Notes under the pieces: generated by a model | The model's input: the letters and a program-made list of their open reading frames with translations, nothing else | What the model was told of the DNA's origin: nothing | The model's database searches: none | Assembly (NCBI GenBank): GCA_019429125.1 | Contig: JAHYJO010000001.1 | Coordinates: 32,001-96,000, forward strand | Source: Nanobdellati archaeon | Lineage (GTDB): Archaea > EX4484-52 > GLR71 | Reading direction: 5' to 3' | Length of the DNA stretch: 64,000 bases | Shown: positions 48,939-59,787 of the stretch, one piece after another | Position numbering within the stretch: position 1 is the first letter of the stretch | Layout of the letters: each line of letters starts with the position of its first letter | Position numbers and translations under genes: made by a program

Positions 48939-51014
48939 TTAGATATTATCTAAAATCTGCTTGATATCTTCTTTTCGTTCTTCGCGGACTGCTTTTCTTT
49001 TTGGTGTTGCTTTCTTGACTTCTGCTTTTTTATCTGTGTCTTTTTTAGTCTCATTTTTTTTAACTGGTTTTTTAGCAGGTGTAATTTCAGCTTTTTTTGT
49101 GTCTTCTTTTTTTACTTCCGCTTTCTTTTCTGTAGTTGACTTTTTTTCAGTCTTGTCAGATTTCTTTTCTTCTTTTTTATCTTTAGTTTCTTTTTCTTCC
49201 TTTTTGTTCTCTTCATCTTTGTCTTCTTTTAGAAGTTCAGGGCCAAAGATAATAAGAAGAATTATTATAATTCCAACAATGATTGCAGTTAGGATGTTTG
49301 TAGGAAATTTTTTGTCTTCTTTGTCTATGTTATTTGTTTTGGTGTCTTGTGATTGTATTGTATCTTTTTTGTCATCTGTAACAGTTACTTTTCCTGTTAT
49401 TGGGGCAACTGTATCTTCTGATTTGAAAGCAAATGCAAGTTCTTTTTCAACAAGTGTTCCTAGATTAGATTTTATAGATACTTTTATTTTATATGTACCT
49501 TCTGCAGTGTTATATTCTGGAGATGCATAGACATATATTTCTGTTGATTCGCCTGGTTTTAGGGATAGTGTATCTGGGTTGATTGTTGTCCATTTTGGGC
49601 CATCTAAAACTGCTGTGTATTCTGCATCAAATTCACCTTCATTTTTTATTGTCAATGTGTAAAGGTAGCCTTTCATATCTTCAGCAAATATGGAATCACT
49701 GTCGCTTGTCACACTTGTACCATAACATGTGTCAAATTCTTTTATTGATACAATGAATTCTTTACTGTCTCCAATTCTTTTGGAATTGATTGTCAATAAT
49801 ATGTTAGTGTCTTTTGTATCTGCTTTTTCGGTTTCGATAATAAGCAATATTTTTTTACTTTCACCAGCACCAAGCGTTAGCTCTGTATCAGATACAGATC
49901 CTTTACTTGTGGCAATTGTGTATGTATCTTCTTTTTTACCTGTATTTTTTATCTCAACTTCAAAACCAGTTGATGCACCTGGACAAATTTTTGTTGTAGT
50001 CTTGTCTGCTAAAATTTCTGCGGTGTAACATTTTTCAACTGTTATTGTACCGTATGCAGTATCTTTAGCATTTTCTGAATTGATTTTTATGCTGTAATCT
50101 ATATCACCTATATCAAGTCCTTCTGTTGAGATTTCAAGATATGTATCTGCAACTTCTTTTGATTTAAGTTCAAGTTCGTTTTTGTTGAAGTATGCATTTG
50201 GTGTGTCTGTAGATAATGTGAATGTTTCGGTCTTGTAACCTGTATTTTTTGTAGTTACAACTATTTTTGCACTGTCACCTTTACAGACTGTTGTTTTTGG
50301 TGGGATGTTAAGCACTGCAATACCGTAGCATGCGCCTTCAGAAACAACTTCTATATCTGCTGTTGCTGTTGCGTATGATGTTGTGGATTGTGCTTGTATG
50401 ATTACAGTCTCTTTGTTTTTTGCAACAGGTATGGATAGTGTTTTTGTCTTTTCACTATTTGATTTTATCGTTATTGTATTTGTACCAAATGTGCCTGTTG
50501 AGGATTTTAATATGAATGTCTCTTCAGTTTTTCCTGTGTTTGAGAATGTTATGTCAACTGTCTTTGTATCACCAATACATGCTTCAACAAGTTCTGTTTC
50601 AGGTGATAGTTCTATACCGTGGCATTTCATGACAATGAAATTTATGGTGTCTTTGTATTTTTTAGTTCTGTCAGAATCGGGTGTTGCAGTTAATGTTAAT
50701 GTGTATTGACCATCTTCAGCATTAATTGCTGGTTTTATCCAAAGCGCAAATGTTTTTGATTTACCTGCGTCAAGAGTAATTATGTCATTACCTATAGTTA
50801 TCCAGTTACTGTCTGAGGTTATTTTGTATCGTTGTGTATCAGTACCTAAATTCTTTAGTGTTGCGGTAATCATCGTGTCTTCAACAGGACATGATGCTGC
50901 GGTCTGAGTACTTAACTCAAGAGCTGCATTATTATCAGCACCAAAAACTGGTTGTAATGTTACCAGTATGATTATGATACTTAATGCGAAAAAAGCGTAT
51001 TTATTCATTTTCAT
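48939..51014 (-). CDS. COG1470-like tandem Ig-domain surface protein with TM anchor and Lys/Glu-rich tail
   Basis: Signal peptide; about 5 repeats of C.G......I.NTG...ET(F/Y); C-terminal TM. Confidence 0.85.
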   Translation of the reverse strand: MKMNKYAFFALSIIIILVTLQPVFGADNNAALELSTQTAASCPVEDTMITATLKNLGTDTQRYKITSDSNWITIGNDIITLDAGKSKTFALWIKPAINAEDGQYTLTLTATPDSDRTKKYKDTINFIVMKCHGIELSPETELVEACIGDTKTVDITFSNTGKTEETFILKSSTGTFGTNTITIKSNSEKTKTLSIPVAKNKETVIIQAQSTTSYATATADIEVVSEGACYGIAVLNIPPKTTVCKGDSAKIVVTTKNTGYKTETFTLSTDTPNAYFNKNELELKSKEVADTYLEISTEGLDIGDIDYSIKINSENAKDTAYGTITVEKCYTAEILADKTTTKICPGASTGFEVEIKNTGKKEDTYTIATSKGSVSDTELTLGAGESKKILLIIETEKADTKDTNILLTINSKRIGDSKEFIVSIKEFDTCYGTSVTSDSDSIFAEDMKGYLYTLTIKNEGEFDAEYTAVLDGPKWTTINPDTLSLKPGESTEIYVYASPEYNTAEGTYKIKVSIKSNLGTLVEKELAFAFKSEDTVAPITGKVTVTDDKKDTIQSQDTKTNNIDKEDKKFPTNILTAIIVGIIIILLIIFGPELLKEDKDEENKKEEKETKDKKEEKKSDKTEKKSTTEKKAEVKKEDTKKAEITPAKKPVKKNETKKDTDKKAEVKKATPKRKAVREERKEDIKQILDNI

Positions 51015-51089
51015 ATTAATTCACCACCAAATAGAGTTAAAATATATTTAAGTTGTATAAACTTATAAATATTACTATATTTGTCTGTT

Positions 51090-52529
51090 TTAGAGTATTA
51101 TATTGCCCCAAGGAACAAGGTATGTAGTATCTGTGTTTTTGTTCATTGTAGGTTTTGGCTGTGTATTATTGTGTATTCTCTTTAGCATGCTTGCGTTCGG
51201 CCTTTGAATGTCTGAAAGCTCAAGGGGTTTAATTGTTTTTTTGGTTATTTTGTGAGCTATACTAAGTATGAGGCTTATTGTAAATATCGTGAGTAACATG
51301 ATAATTAGATTTATGTCTGAAGGACCTAGGAATGGTTGAGCTATTGTTTTTTTTAGATAATCATTCTCGCTTACAAAAAGCGTAAGAGGGATTTCTTTTA
51401 CAATTCGTTCTTCATTTCTGACATATATTATACCATAGTATCTGCCTAGCTTATCATCAATGCTAAAATAGACTGGCAATATCTTGCTTTGTCCTGATTT
51501 GATAACTTCTGCTTCTGGAAGGAAAATAATTTTGTCTGAGAAATCGCTTGATACAGAAAAAAGATGACTTACATTTTCGTTGTTTGTTATTGTCAATCTT
51601 AATAAATTGCTTTCATATTGGTTTATATCAAGCTCTTTGTTGCTAGTTTCAACTTTTATGTAGTTAAAGTCTGTATCTTCATCTTGATTATTGTTGGTGG
51701 TCTCTGTGATCTTTTCGATTTTTGTGTTAATATCTTTAATTTTTAGTTCAATATTTTCTATTTTGGTTTCAAGTTCTTTATTTCCTGATGGTATCTCTTC
51801 GTTTTTTGGTTCTATTATTGTGATTATTACGTCCTTTTTTGGTTCTTTAGGTAATATTTCTGTTTCTTTTGGTATTTGTGCTATATTTATAATTTTGTGT
51901 ATTTTTGTGTTTCCAACGATGATTGTTATTACATGGTCTCCAGGTTTATCTATTTTTATAAAAGTTGAATAATAGCCATTTATGTTTGCGATTATTGTTG
52001 TTTTTGGCATGCCGTTAACAAGAATTTCAATTAGTTCATCAGTTGGGTCTACATAGCCGAAAATATGTAGGTTATCGTTAATCTTTGCTTTTTTTGGATA
52101 AATATTCATTGTAAGATCAGGTGTTGGTTTTTTTTCAAGAATTTCAAATTTTTCAGTTCTGCTGTCTTCAGCCTTTAGCACACTTGTTCCTTTATATATG
52201 CGTGTGATTACTTCTGCTGTGTGCGTGCCTATTTCTAGGTCTTTGGTGTCATAGCTATATGTGTATGATTCTGATTTTTCAGAATAGTACCTTGTGATTT
52301 TTGTTTCAAGTCTGCCGTCTATATAGAAACTTAGAGTGACCTTTGATTCGTCTTCTGTTGTTTCAACATCAAAGTCTACTGTAATTTGTGCCATGTCACC
52401 TTTGTATATATTTTTTTGGGATATATCAAGGTCTGATATTGATATATCTGTTATTGCATACGCAGTTCCTGATAGTAGTGCTAATAATATAATTGTGCTG
52501 AGTATAATATATTTCATAATTTTTACCAC
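51090..52529 (-). CDS. Ig-like surface protein with TM anchor
   Basis: Signal peptide ending AYA; GTHTAEV strands; short coiled coil; C-terminal TM. Confidence 0.8.
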   Translation of the reverse strand: MVKIMKYIILSTIILLALLSGTAYAITDISISDLDISQKNIYKGDMAQITVDFDVETTEDESKVTLSFYIDGRLETKITRYYSEKSESYTYSYDTKDLEIGTHTAEVITRIYKGTSVLKAEDSRTEKFEILEKKPTPDLTMNIYPKKAKINDNLHIFGYVDPTDELIEILVNGMPKTTIIANINGYYSTFIKIDKPGDHVITIIVGNTKIHKIINIAQIPKETEILPKEPKKDVIITIIEPKNEEIPSGNKELETKIENIELKIKDINTKIEKITETTNNNQDEDTDFNYIKVETSNKELDINQYESNLLRLTITNNENVSHLFSVSSDFSDKIIFLPEAEVIKSGQSKILPVYFSIDDKLGRYYGIIYVRNEERIVKEIPLTLFVSENDYLKKTIAQPFLGPSDINLIIMLLTIFTISLILSIAHKITKKTIKPLELSDIQRPNASMLKRIHNNTQPKPTMNKNTDTTYLVPWGNIIL

Positions 52530-52653
52530 TTATTGAAGATATATACATTATTAATTTTATAAAGGTATCGTTAAGTTTTAACTAGCAAGTAGTATAAATA
52601 TTGAGTTTAACAAACATATAAAATAAAATATAAGAAAAAAAGAGTGTTTTTGA

Positions 52654-55600
52654 TTATTTTTTAATGACTATTGTGCGTATTTTTTCTCTTTTGAAGTAGA
52701 CTGCGATTATTATCAACAGTATCAATAGGTAGATAATCAAGTTTGAGCTACCTATTGTTGATAAGATATTGCCAGTTGGCCCGTTAATTACAGTTACATT
52801 TGTTTGTTCTTTATCTTCTTTGTAGTCTGTAAGCACATATTGGTATATAAGAACATCTTTTGAGTAAAGTGTTGCTTCACCTTGCTTTATTGCAATGTTG
52901 TGTGTTCCTGTAGCAAGGTTTTCAATCTTGTATGTGATTGAAAAACAATCATTTTCATCTAATTCTTGTGTCTTTACAATTTTATAATCTATTACAAGAT
53001 CTACAGTATTTGATTTAGGATTTGTTAGACATCCCTTTAAAGTCATTGTCTGGCCTATGTATAGGCTGTCTGAGAGTTCTATTTCAGAAATGTATGTTGT
53101 TGCGACGTTTTCGTCTGTTGTTTCTGTATTGGTTTCATTTACAATGATTATTGTTGAACTTCTGCTACTGCCTGAACGGCTACTGCTCCCACCACCATTA
53201 TTAGTTTCAGTTGTTACAGTTATTGTTCCTGATAGATTATTGTTTGATGTGTTCTGATCATATGGTATGTATGCTGACAGTTTCAATGTATGTGTTCCTT
53301 CGGAAGCGGTCCATCCAAATTCAACTCCGGTTGTGTTTCCGCTTGCAAGATTATATGTTTTTGTGGTTATTATGTGCCCATTTATTGATAATGTGACATT
53401 TATTCCGTTCTCGTCGTATAGACCTGCGTTTTCAAGTACGCCTGATATAACTATAGTGTTGCCGGTGTTTGCGCTTGTAGGTGCATTGAAACTATTAATG
53501 CGTACGTCATGGGCATACCTAATATCAAAATTGGTCTTATCTGAAAATTGATGTTCTATTTCTGTAATTGTTATTTGTGGATTAAATGTGCCTGTAGTTG
53601 TTGCATTCAAAGTCCATGTGATTGTTGTTTCTTGATTTATTTCAAGTATGTCAATGTCTATTGTCTGAGTTGTAATAAATTCAAGACCGTCTACGCCTGA
53701 GAGTTGTGCCTTTGTGTTTATTGAAGCATCAGTACCTATGTTATTTATCTTTGCAGTTATATTAAACGTTGTACCATAGAGTATTGTTTTATTAACATCT
53801 GATTCTATTGTGATGAATGGTTGCACTGGTTCAGGGAGGTCAAGTATGTTTATCATAACACTTTCTGATGCATTGTATTCTGGTTCAAAAAGACTTATGA
53901 TTGTCATATTTATCTGTTTTGGACCTGATGATGTGCTATTAATAATCCATTCTTGTCTTATTGGTGGTATTCCGTTTACAGTTGGTTCTATGTCTCCAAG
54001 CAATACTGGGTTTGTTGATGATGTTTCAAGACCTGTTTCTAAAGCAATCTCTGCTTTTGTTGCAAGTGATGTGCTATTTCCAGTATTATAGATTACTGCA
54101 GTCACTAAAAATGATCGTCCAAGTGATATGTTGAAAGGCGCTATAGAGCTTACAGAAAGGTCAATGTATAGATGTGTATTTTTTACTGTTATTGTCTTTT
54201 CCTGCGTTATTCCATCAACTGTGATGTATATTGTTCCAGTGCCTGAACTTATGCCTTTAATTTCAAAATCAATCCATGATGCGTTCTGCTCGGTTGTGTT
54301 TGCATATATGGTTGTTATCTCCTTTGAGGATGAACCTACTATTGCTAAGTTTGATGTTGTTGAGATATTTATTGTGGCATTATTACCATTTACAATACCT
54401 TTGTTGTATATACCTATTGCAACTTGTGTTGTATCATTTTCGACAAGTTCTTCAGGGGATGCAATTCTGAATTCATATATTGGTATGGGTGTGGATTGGA
54501 CATAAATTTTTGAAGTTTTAATTTGATTATTATAATCTGCTTCTATATTTATGACATAGTCTCCCCACCATGTAGCTTCCAGTTCAAGTTCATAAGTATT
54601 ATTGTATCCTACAATAATTGATATATTATCAGTTGTGTTTCCCGATATAAGTGTTAACCTTTCAGGGATAGTTATTGTTAATATACCTTCTGCAGTTGAG
54701 TATCCATAGTTTTCAAGATTTATACTTATATTGAACCTATCTGTCTGGTTAATAGTTATATTGTCTGTAGATATTTTAATGTATGGTTTTGTGTCTATTG
54801 TGAAAGATGTCATGTTTGATTCTTGGTTTGAGTTTCCATAGTTGTCTTGACATCTTGTATAAAATGTGTATGCACCGTCTGTAAGAGTTAGTTCTTGCGT
54901 ATGGATCGTTGTGCCAGTTGTTGTGAATGTGTTTGCCATTGCGCTGTAATCTGTATCTATTGTATCATATTTACAGGTTGCATTTTCATTGGTTGTAGCT
55001 CCAAGATTGAATGTGTTTACATGTTGATCTTCTGTTGGTGTAAATGTAAGTATTTGTGGGGGTGTTGTGTCTCTGATTTCAAGTTCAAGATATTTTTCAT
55101 TGTTTGTTTCATTAGATTCATAAATACTATTTGTAGGGTCTACGATGACTTTAAAGTTGTGTATGCCTAGTTTTCCTAATGTGTCATAATTAAATATTAT
55201 TTCTTCAGAACTAATAGTATTTATAGTGATATCTTTTGTTGCAATTAATACTAGATTATCCCATAATTGTATCTGTGTATTTAGAACTTCATCTCCACCG
55301 TTTACAACATGAGCTATAAGATTTATTATTAAGCCTTCACTAACGGGACTAGGTATGTTTGATTCAAATGCAGATATATGAAGGTCTGGTTTGCTTCTTA
55401 CTTCAAGTGTTATTGCGTCTTTTGCAATATTACCTAAAGTATCATTTGCAATAATCATAATAGTATATTCTGTTGGTATCTCTGGTGTTGTAAATGTTCC
55501 GGTATATATATCACCTGCTTTATTCATAGTGATTGTTCCTGCAATACCATTTATTTTTGTGTATACAGTGTCTACAGCGTTTAAATCTGTAATTGTTGCT

Positions 55601-57054
55601 GTAACTGTTACAGTATTTCCAAGTCTTACTGGGTTTGGCGAAAGGTTACTATTTGTTATGATTGGTGCTTCAGTATCAACATAAAATGACCAACTTGTAA
55701 CAGTAGGGTTTCCAAAATAGTCTTTTACTCTAATTTCTATGTTATGTGTTTCATCAGAAAGGTTTTCTGAGGGTGTGTATGAGGCATAATTTCCAGAGGT
55801 TATCATAGTTTTTGTTGTACTGTCAAGAGTAAGTTCTAATGTTGACCAATTTATTCCAAAACCTTGATCTGTTATTTTTACTTTTATTTCTTGTCTTGGA
55901 TTTGATATGATTTCATTTATAGTTGGAGTTATTATATCTATATTTGGGGGTGTTGAATCTGCTTCTCTTGAGTCAACATAAACCCAATTACTTCCTGATG
56001 CAGTATTATTATTTGAATCAGTTGCAGTTATGTTAATATAGTAAGTATTTGTTGAAACAACAGTTCCAGAATTATCTGTTCCATCCCATAATTGTACTAT
56101 TGCATAATCTAAGGATGTACTTGAGAATGTTTGTACAATGTTGCCATATTCATTTTTTTCCCTTATTGTTATAGTGTATTTAACATCTTGTGTGGATACT
56201 GTTGCAGATATTGTTGAGGTGTCTCCCCATGTTGGTATATTTGGATATATTGTTTCTGGATTTGCTGAGACTTCGTATATTCTGAAACCTTCTGCAGTTT
56301 CATAAATGTTAAGATAATTAAATGCTGAGTCTTGAGCGGATTCTATACATGAACAGTCATCTAAAAGACCAATGACTTCATATTTATATTTGTCTGCGAT
56401 AGAGGGTGACCATTCTGTTGTTATTTCTGCAACACCATCTTTAATTATTGTGCCATTACTATCTTTTTTTGTTGGTATTGTAACTGTTATTTCGCCACTT
56501 GTATATGCTAGACTTCCATTACTGTAATATACATTAAAGATTACTGTGTTATCTAGATCATATATGTCAAGAGGTACTCCTGGCACGTAATTTTCTGTCC
56601 AAGATGTAATCTTATCTGTAAATGTTACGACATTATCTACTATGTAACTTGAGGATTTAACTGTAGGATTTTCAACATTTACAGTACATGTTCTTTTTTT
56701 GAGATTGATTGTATATTGTGGAGTATAATTTGGATCATTTATTAGGAAATTATTTTTGTAAGTAGGGACATAACAACTTCTATACATTATAAGGTCATAA
56801 TATCCATTGTCTAAATCATCATAGACATAATTATTTATTCCTGTATTTTGATTGAAATAAATATTATTTATGTTATTAACTTCAGATCTTATGAATGTTG
56901 TTTGGTTTAATGATGCGTTTGTGTAGAAGTCTTTAGCATAATATGTAAATTGTTCAGCTGAAACAAGAGTTATTGATGCTGTAAACAGTATAACTAAGAT
57001 AATTAGCAATATGTTGAATCTGTTTAATAGTTTTATATTATTTAATATTTTCAT
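52654..57054 (-). CDS. Very large surface glycoprotein (Ig-like, FlgD-Ig-like and CARDB repeats) with TM anchor
   Basis: 1466 aa; WDGTDNSG (FlgD-Ig-like), DTxPP, PDL...VDP.N.I.ESNETNN (CARDB), GGGSS linker, C-terminal TM. Confidence 0.88.
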   Translation of the reverse strand: MKILNNIKLLNRFNILLIILVILFTASITLVSAEQFTYYAKDFYTNASLNQTTFIRSEVNNINNIYFNQNTGINNYVYDDLDNGYYDLIMYRSCYVPTYKNNFLINDPNYTPQYTINLKKRTCTVNVENPTVKSSSYIVDNVVTFTDKITSWTENYVPGVPLDIYDLDNTVIFNVYYSNGSLAYTSGEITVTIPTKKDSNGTIIKDGVAEITTEWSPSIADKYKYEVIGLLDDCSCIESAQDSAFNYLNIYETAEGFRIYEVSANPETIYPNIPTWGDTSTISATVSTQDVKYTITIREKNEYGNIVQTFSSTSLDYAIVQLWDGTDNSGTVVSTNTYYINITATDSNNNTASGSNWVYVDSREADSTPPNIDIITPTINEIISNPRQEIKVKITDQGFGINWSTLELTLDSTTKTMITSGNYASYTPSENLSDETHNIEIRVKDYFGNPTVTSWSFYVDTEAPIITNSNLSPNPVRLGNTVTVTATITDLNAVDTVYTKINGIAGTITMNKAGDIYTGTFTTPEIPTEYTIMIIANDTLGNIAKDAITLEVRSKPDLHISAFESNIPSPVSEGLIINLIAHVVNGGDEVLNTQIQLWDNLVLIATKDITINTISSEEIIFNYDTLGKLGIHNFKVIVDPTNSIYESNETNNEKYLELEIRDTTPPQILTFTPTEDQHVNTFNLGATTNENATCKYDTIDTDYSAMANTFTTTGTTIHTQELTLTDGAYTFYTRCQDNYGNSNQESNMTSFTIDTKPYIKISTDNITINQTDRFNISINLENYGYSTAEGILTITIPERLTLISGNTTDNISIIVGYNNTYELELEATWWGDYVINIEADYNNQIKTSKIYVQSTPIPIYEFRIASPEELVENDTTQVAIGIYNKGIVNGNNATINISTTSNLAIVGSSSKEITTIYANTTEQNASWIDFEIKGISSGTGTIYITVDGITQEKTITVKNTHLYIDLSVSSIAPFNISLGRSFLVTAVIYNTGNSTSLATKAEIALETGLETSSTNPVLLGDIEPTVNGIPPIRQEWIINSTSSGPKQINMTIISLFEPEYNASESVMINILDLPEPVQPFITIESDVNKTILYGTTFNITAKINNIGTDASINTKAQLSGVDGLEFITTQTIDIDILEINQETTITWTLNATTTGTFNPQITITEIEHQFSDKTNFDIRYAHDVRINSFNAPTSANTGNTIVISGVLENAGLYDENGINVTLSINGHIITTKTYNLASGNTTGVEFGWTASEGTHTLKLSAYIPYDQNTSNNNLSGTITVTTETNNGGGSSSRSGSSRSSTIIIVNETNTETTDENVATTYISEIELSDSLYIGQTMTLKGCLTNPKSNTVDLVIDYKIVKTQELDENDCFSITYKIENLATGTHNIAIKQGEATLYSKDVLIYQYVLTDYKEDKEQTNVTVINGPTGNILSTIGSSNLIIYLLILLIIIAVYFKREKIRTIVIKK

Positions 57055-57066
57055 ATAAATACACCT

Positions 57067-58485
57067 CTAAACTTTTGGTCTGTGGTCGCCGCCACCGTCG
57101 CCATCGTCGCCATCATCCTCTCTATCTTTTTTACCATCGGTTAAGGTTCCAGAGGATCCACTTTGTGGAAATAAATTTGAATTATCTTTTTCTATTTTGT
57201 TTAATTGATCCCATGCGTTTCCTGAATTATATTCACCCTTTACATATCCACATTGATTTTCAATACCTACAAGTAAGTATGTTGATTCATCCTCTTTACC
57301 TTCTAAATTCTTAAATACAACATTATTACGTTTTGTTGTAAAAATTATACCTGGTGGAACTGTGGATTTATCCTTTCTGAAATAATATTTTTTAAGAATA
57401 TGCGTTAGTTGATCTTCATCAGTATAACTTTGTTTTATTGCTAAATCTAATTCTTTTGAGCTATCTTTTGTTAAATAATTAGTAGTGTCTTCAATTGTAT
57501 CTTTAGGTACGATTTTTAAGAGCATACCAGTAGGGCCTTTTTTTAGATCTTTATTTTTATAAACAATCTCTGTTATATAATCAGAATCCAAAATCAATGA
57601 AAAATTGTCATCAATTGAATATGTATTTACAAATGGTATATCTGTTTTTTTATCAGATTCTTCTAAGATTTTCTTTGTTATTTGAGTGTAATCGTCATAG
57701 GGAACTGTATATTTTTTGTCATCCCAATAAATTAGGTTTCCTTTTGGATTAGATAATATTTCTATTATTGCATCTTTAATTGCATCTGGTATATCTATTT
57801 CGCTATCATTTTCAGGAAGATATTGTACTAAATCGTCAATCTCTTCTGTAAGTATTCCTTCTTGTTTTAGGTCTTCAAAGAAAGAGAGATAAGATCTCCA
57901 AAAAGCATTATCAAAGAATGGATTGTGTTCTTGTGTATACTCAGGAAAACTAAATTTTTCTAAGATTTTTTTTATATCGTTTGATGTAGTTTTTAGTTTT
58001 TCTCCTACTGTAAGACTACCAAATGTAAGTAGACCTAATGCTATAATACCTGTTCCTATTTTATAGATAAGAGGTCTTTCTGTTGATGTATCAGAAATTA
58101 GAAGTTCATCTGGGATGTAATTAATTGGTGTGGTTGTCTTATTAATCAATGTTTTTTCTGAGTCATTATCAACTTGTGTGTATTCTGGTTGTGAAGATTT
58201 AAGTTGTGTATCTATTGTATATAATGCGTTTATTTGTCCTTTAATAAGATTATCTAAATTTTTCAGTTTTTTTGAGTTTGTATCATTATTTGGTTCATTT
58301 AAAAGTTCTAGAGATGTTTTGATGGTTTCTCTAAGGTATGAGGGACTTAAACTTTTTGGGTTAGTCATATCATATGTGTTATCAAGATAATTTGTTAGTG
58401 GTGTACCTAAATTATTTAATTCTTCAAGTACTCCATTTAAAAGTTCAATTTTTGTCGTATTATTTTTTAATCCCATAATTTTCAA
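57067..58485 (-). CDS. Hypothetical single-pass membrane protein
   Basis: 472 aa; TM at about aa 140-160; Gly/Asp-rich C-terminus. Confidence 0.7.
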   Translation of the reverse strand: MKIMGLKNNTTKIELLNGVLEELNNLGTPLTNYLDNTYDMTNPKSLSPSYLRETIKTSLELLNEPNNDTNSKKLKNLDNLIKGQINALYTIDTQLKSSQPEYTQVDNDSEKTLINKTTTPINYIPDELLISDTSTERPLIYKIGTGIIALGLLTFGSLTVGEKLKTTSNDIKKILEKFSFPEYTQEHNPFFDNAFWRSYLSFFEDLKQEGILTEEIDDLVQYLPENDSEIDIPDAIKDAIIEILSNPKGNLIYWDDKKYTVPYDDYTQITKKILEESDKKTDIPFVNTYSIDDNFSLILDSDYITEIVYKNKDLKKGPTGMLLKIVPKDTIEDTTNYLTKDSSKELDLAIKQSYTDEDQLTHILKKYYFRKDKSTVPPGIIFTTKRNNVVFKNLEGKEDESTYLLVGIENQCGYVKGEYNSGNAWDQLNKIEKDNSNLFPQSGSSGTLTDGKKDREDDGDDGDGGGDHRPKV

Positions 58486-58788
58486 CCTATGATGATTATA
58501 TTCTATTTTAATTATTGATGTTTATTTTTATAAACTTTTCTATTACTTTTAGGGGATAACATCTACAATTTATTTGGGTATGGGTTTGTCTGCTATGTAA
58601 ATTCCCTTTGTATTAATCCACCCCTGATACAAATTGGTATCTGCATCAATTATACTGACTAGTAATATAATTGTTTTTAATCTTTATATATTTCAAATTT
58701 CTGCCTGTCTGTACAAAATTTATGTTTAAAATGTAGTTTTTAAGTATTATTGAATATAATATAATGTAGGTATTAGTTGGAGTTAAAT

Positions 58789-59787
58789 ATGAAAAAGGCA
58801 ATGTTCTTTAAATCAATTGAAGGTTCAAGGGTACAGTGTCAGCTTTGTCCTAATAACTGTATTATTTCTGAAGGGGGTATTGGTTCGTGTCGTGTGCGAA
58901 AAAAGGTTGATGGTATTCTTTATTCTCTTAATTATGGTAAAATTGTATCTTTGGCAGTTGATCCTATCGAGAAGAAACCGCTGTATCATTTCTATCCTGG
59001 TTCTGAGTCTCTGTCTATTGCTACTGTCGGCTGTAATTTTCATTGCAAGTTCTGTCAGAATTGGGAGATTTCGCAGTCTTCTTTTATATTTGGTGAGGAT
59101 ATGACTCCTCAGGATGTTGTTAATCTTGCTTTGTTGAAAGGGGTGAAATCAATATCTTATACTTATACTGAACCAACTATATTTTTTGAGTTTGCATATG
59201 ATACTGCAAAGCTTGCACATAGTTGTGGCATTCAGAATGTATTTGTTACAAACGGGTTCATTAATTCTCTTCCTTTTAAGAAGATTGTACCGTATCTTGA
59301 TGCTGTAAATATTGATTTGAAATCGTTTAATGATATATTTTATCAGAAACTTTGTAGTGTTAGGGGGGTCAGTCCAGTATTAGATACTATACAGTTGGCT
59401 TATGGGTTAGGGATTCATATTGAACTTACAAATCTTCTCATTCCTGGATGGAATACTTCATCTGTTCAGATAAAAGCGTTGTGTGAGTGGGTTTATGCGT
59501 TGGATAAGCGCATACCTCTTCATTTCTCAAGGTATTTTCCTGCATATAAGATGACTGTTGAATCTACACCTGTTGCGGTTCTTGAGAGCGCATATGGTAT
59601 TGCAAAAAAGGTAGGGCTTGAATATGTGTATGTTGGTAATGTTGTTAATGGTGTGCAAGAGACATATTGTCCTTCTTGCGGTGAGCTTTTGGTGGATAGA
59701 GGGAGAAGGGTTGAACCATTGCAAAAACTAATTAAGGGTGCATGTCCTAAATGTAAATATAAAGTTTATGGAGTGGGGTTATTATGA
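58789..59787 (+). CDS. amrS: AmmeMemoRadiSam system radical SAM enzyme
   Basis: C.LCP..C...G.C.VR, DPIEKKPLYHF.PG, GCNFHCKFCQNWEISQ, YTYTEPTIF, LHFSRYFP, YVYVGNV, CPSCG. Confidence 0.93.
   Translation: MKKAMFFKSIEGSRVQCQLCPNNCIISEGGIGSCRVRKKVDGILYSLNYGKIVSLAVDPIEKKPLYHFYPGSESLSIATVGCNFHCKFCQNWEISQSSFIFGEDMTPQDVVNLALLKGVKSISYTYTEPTIFFEFAYDTAKLAHSCGIQNVFVTNGFINSLPFKKIVPYLDAVNIDLKSFNDIFYQKLCSVRGVSPVLDTIQLAYGLGIHIELTNLLIPGWNTSSVQIKALCEWVYALDKRIPLHFSRYFPAYKMTVESTPVAVLESAYGIAKKVGLEYVYVGNVVNGVQETYCPSCGELLVDRGRRVEPLQKLIKGACPKCKYKVYGVGLL

Noticed and set aside
58540-58680. Short palindromes and a possible gene fragment between divergent genes
   Set aside because: AT-rich and short enough to arise by chance; no supporting second copy
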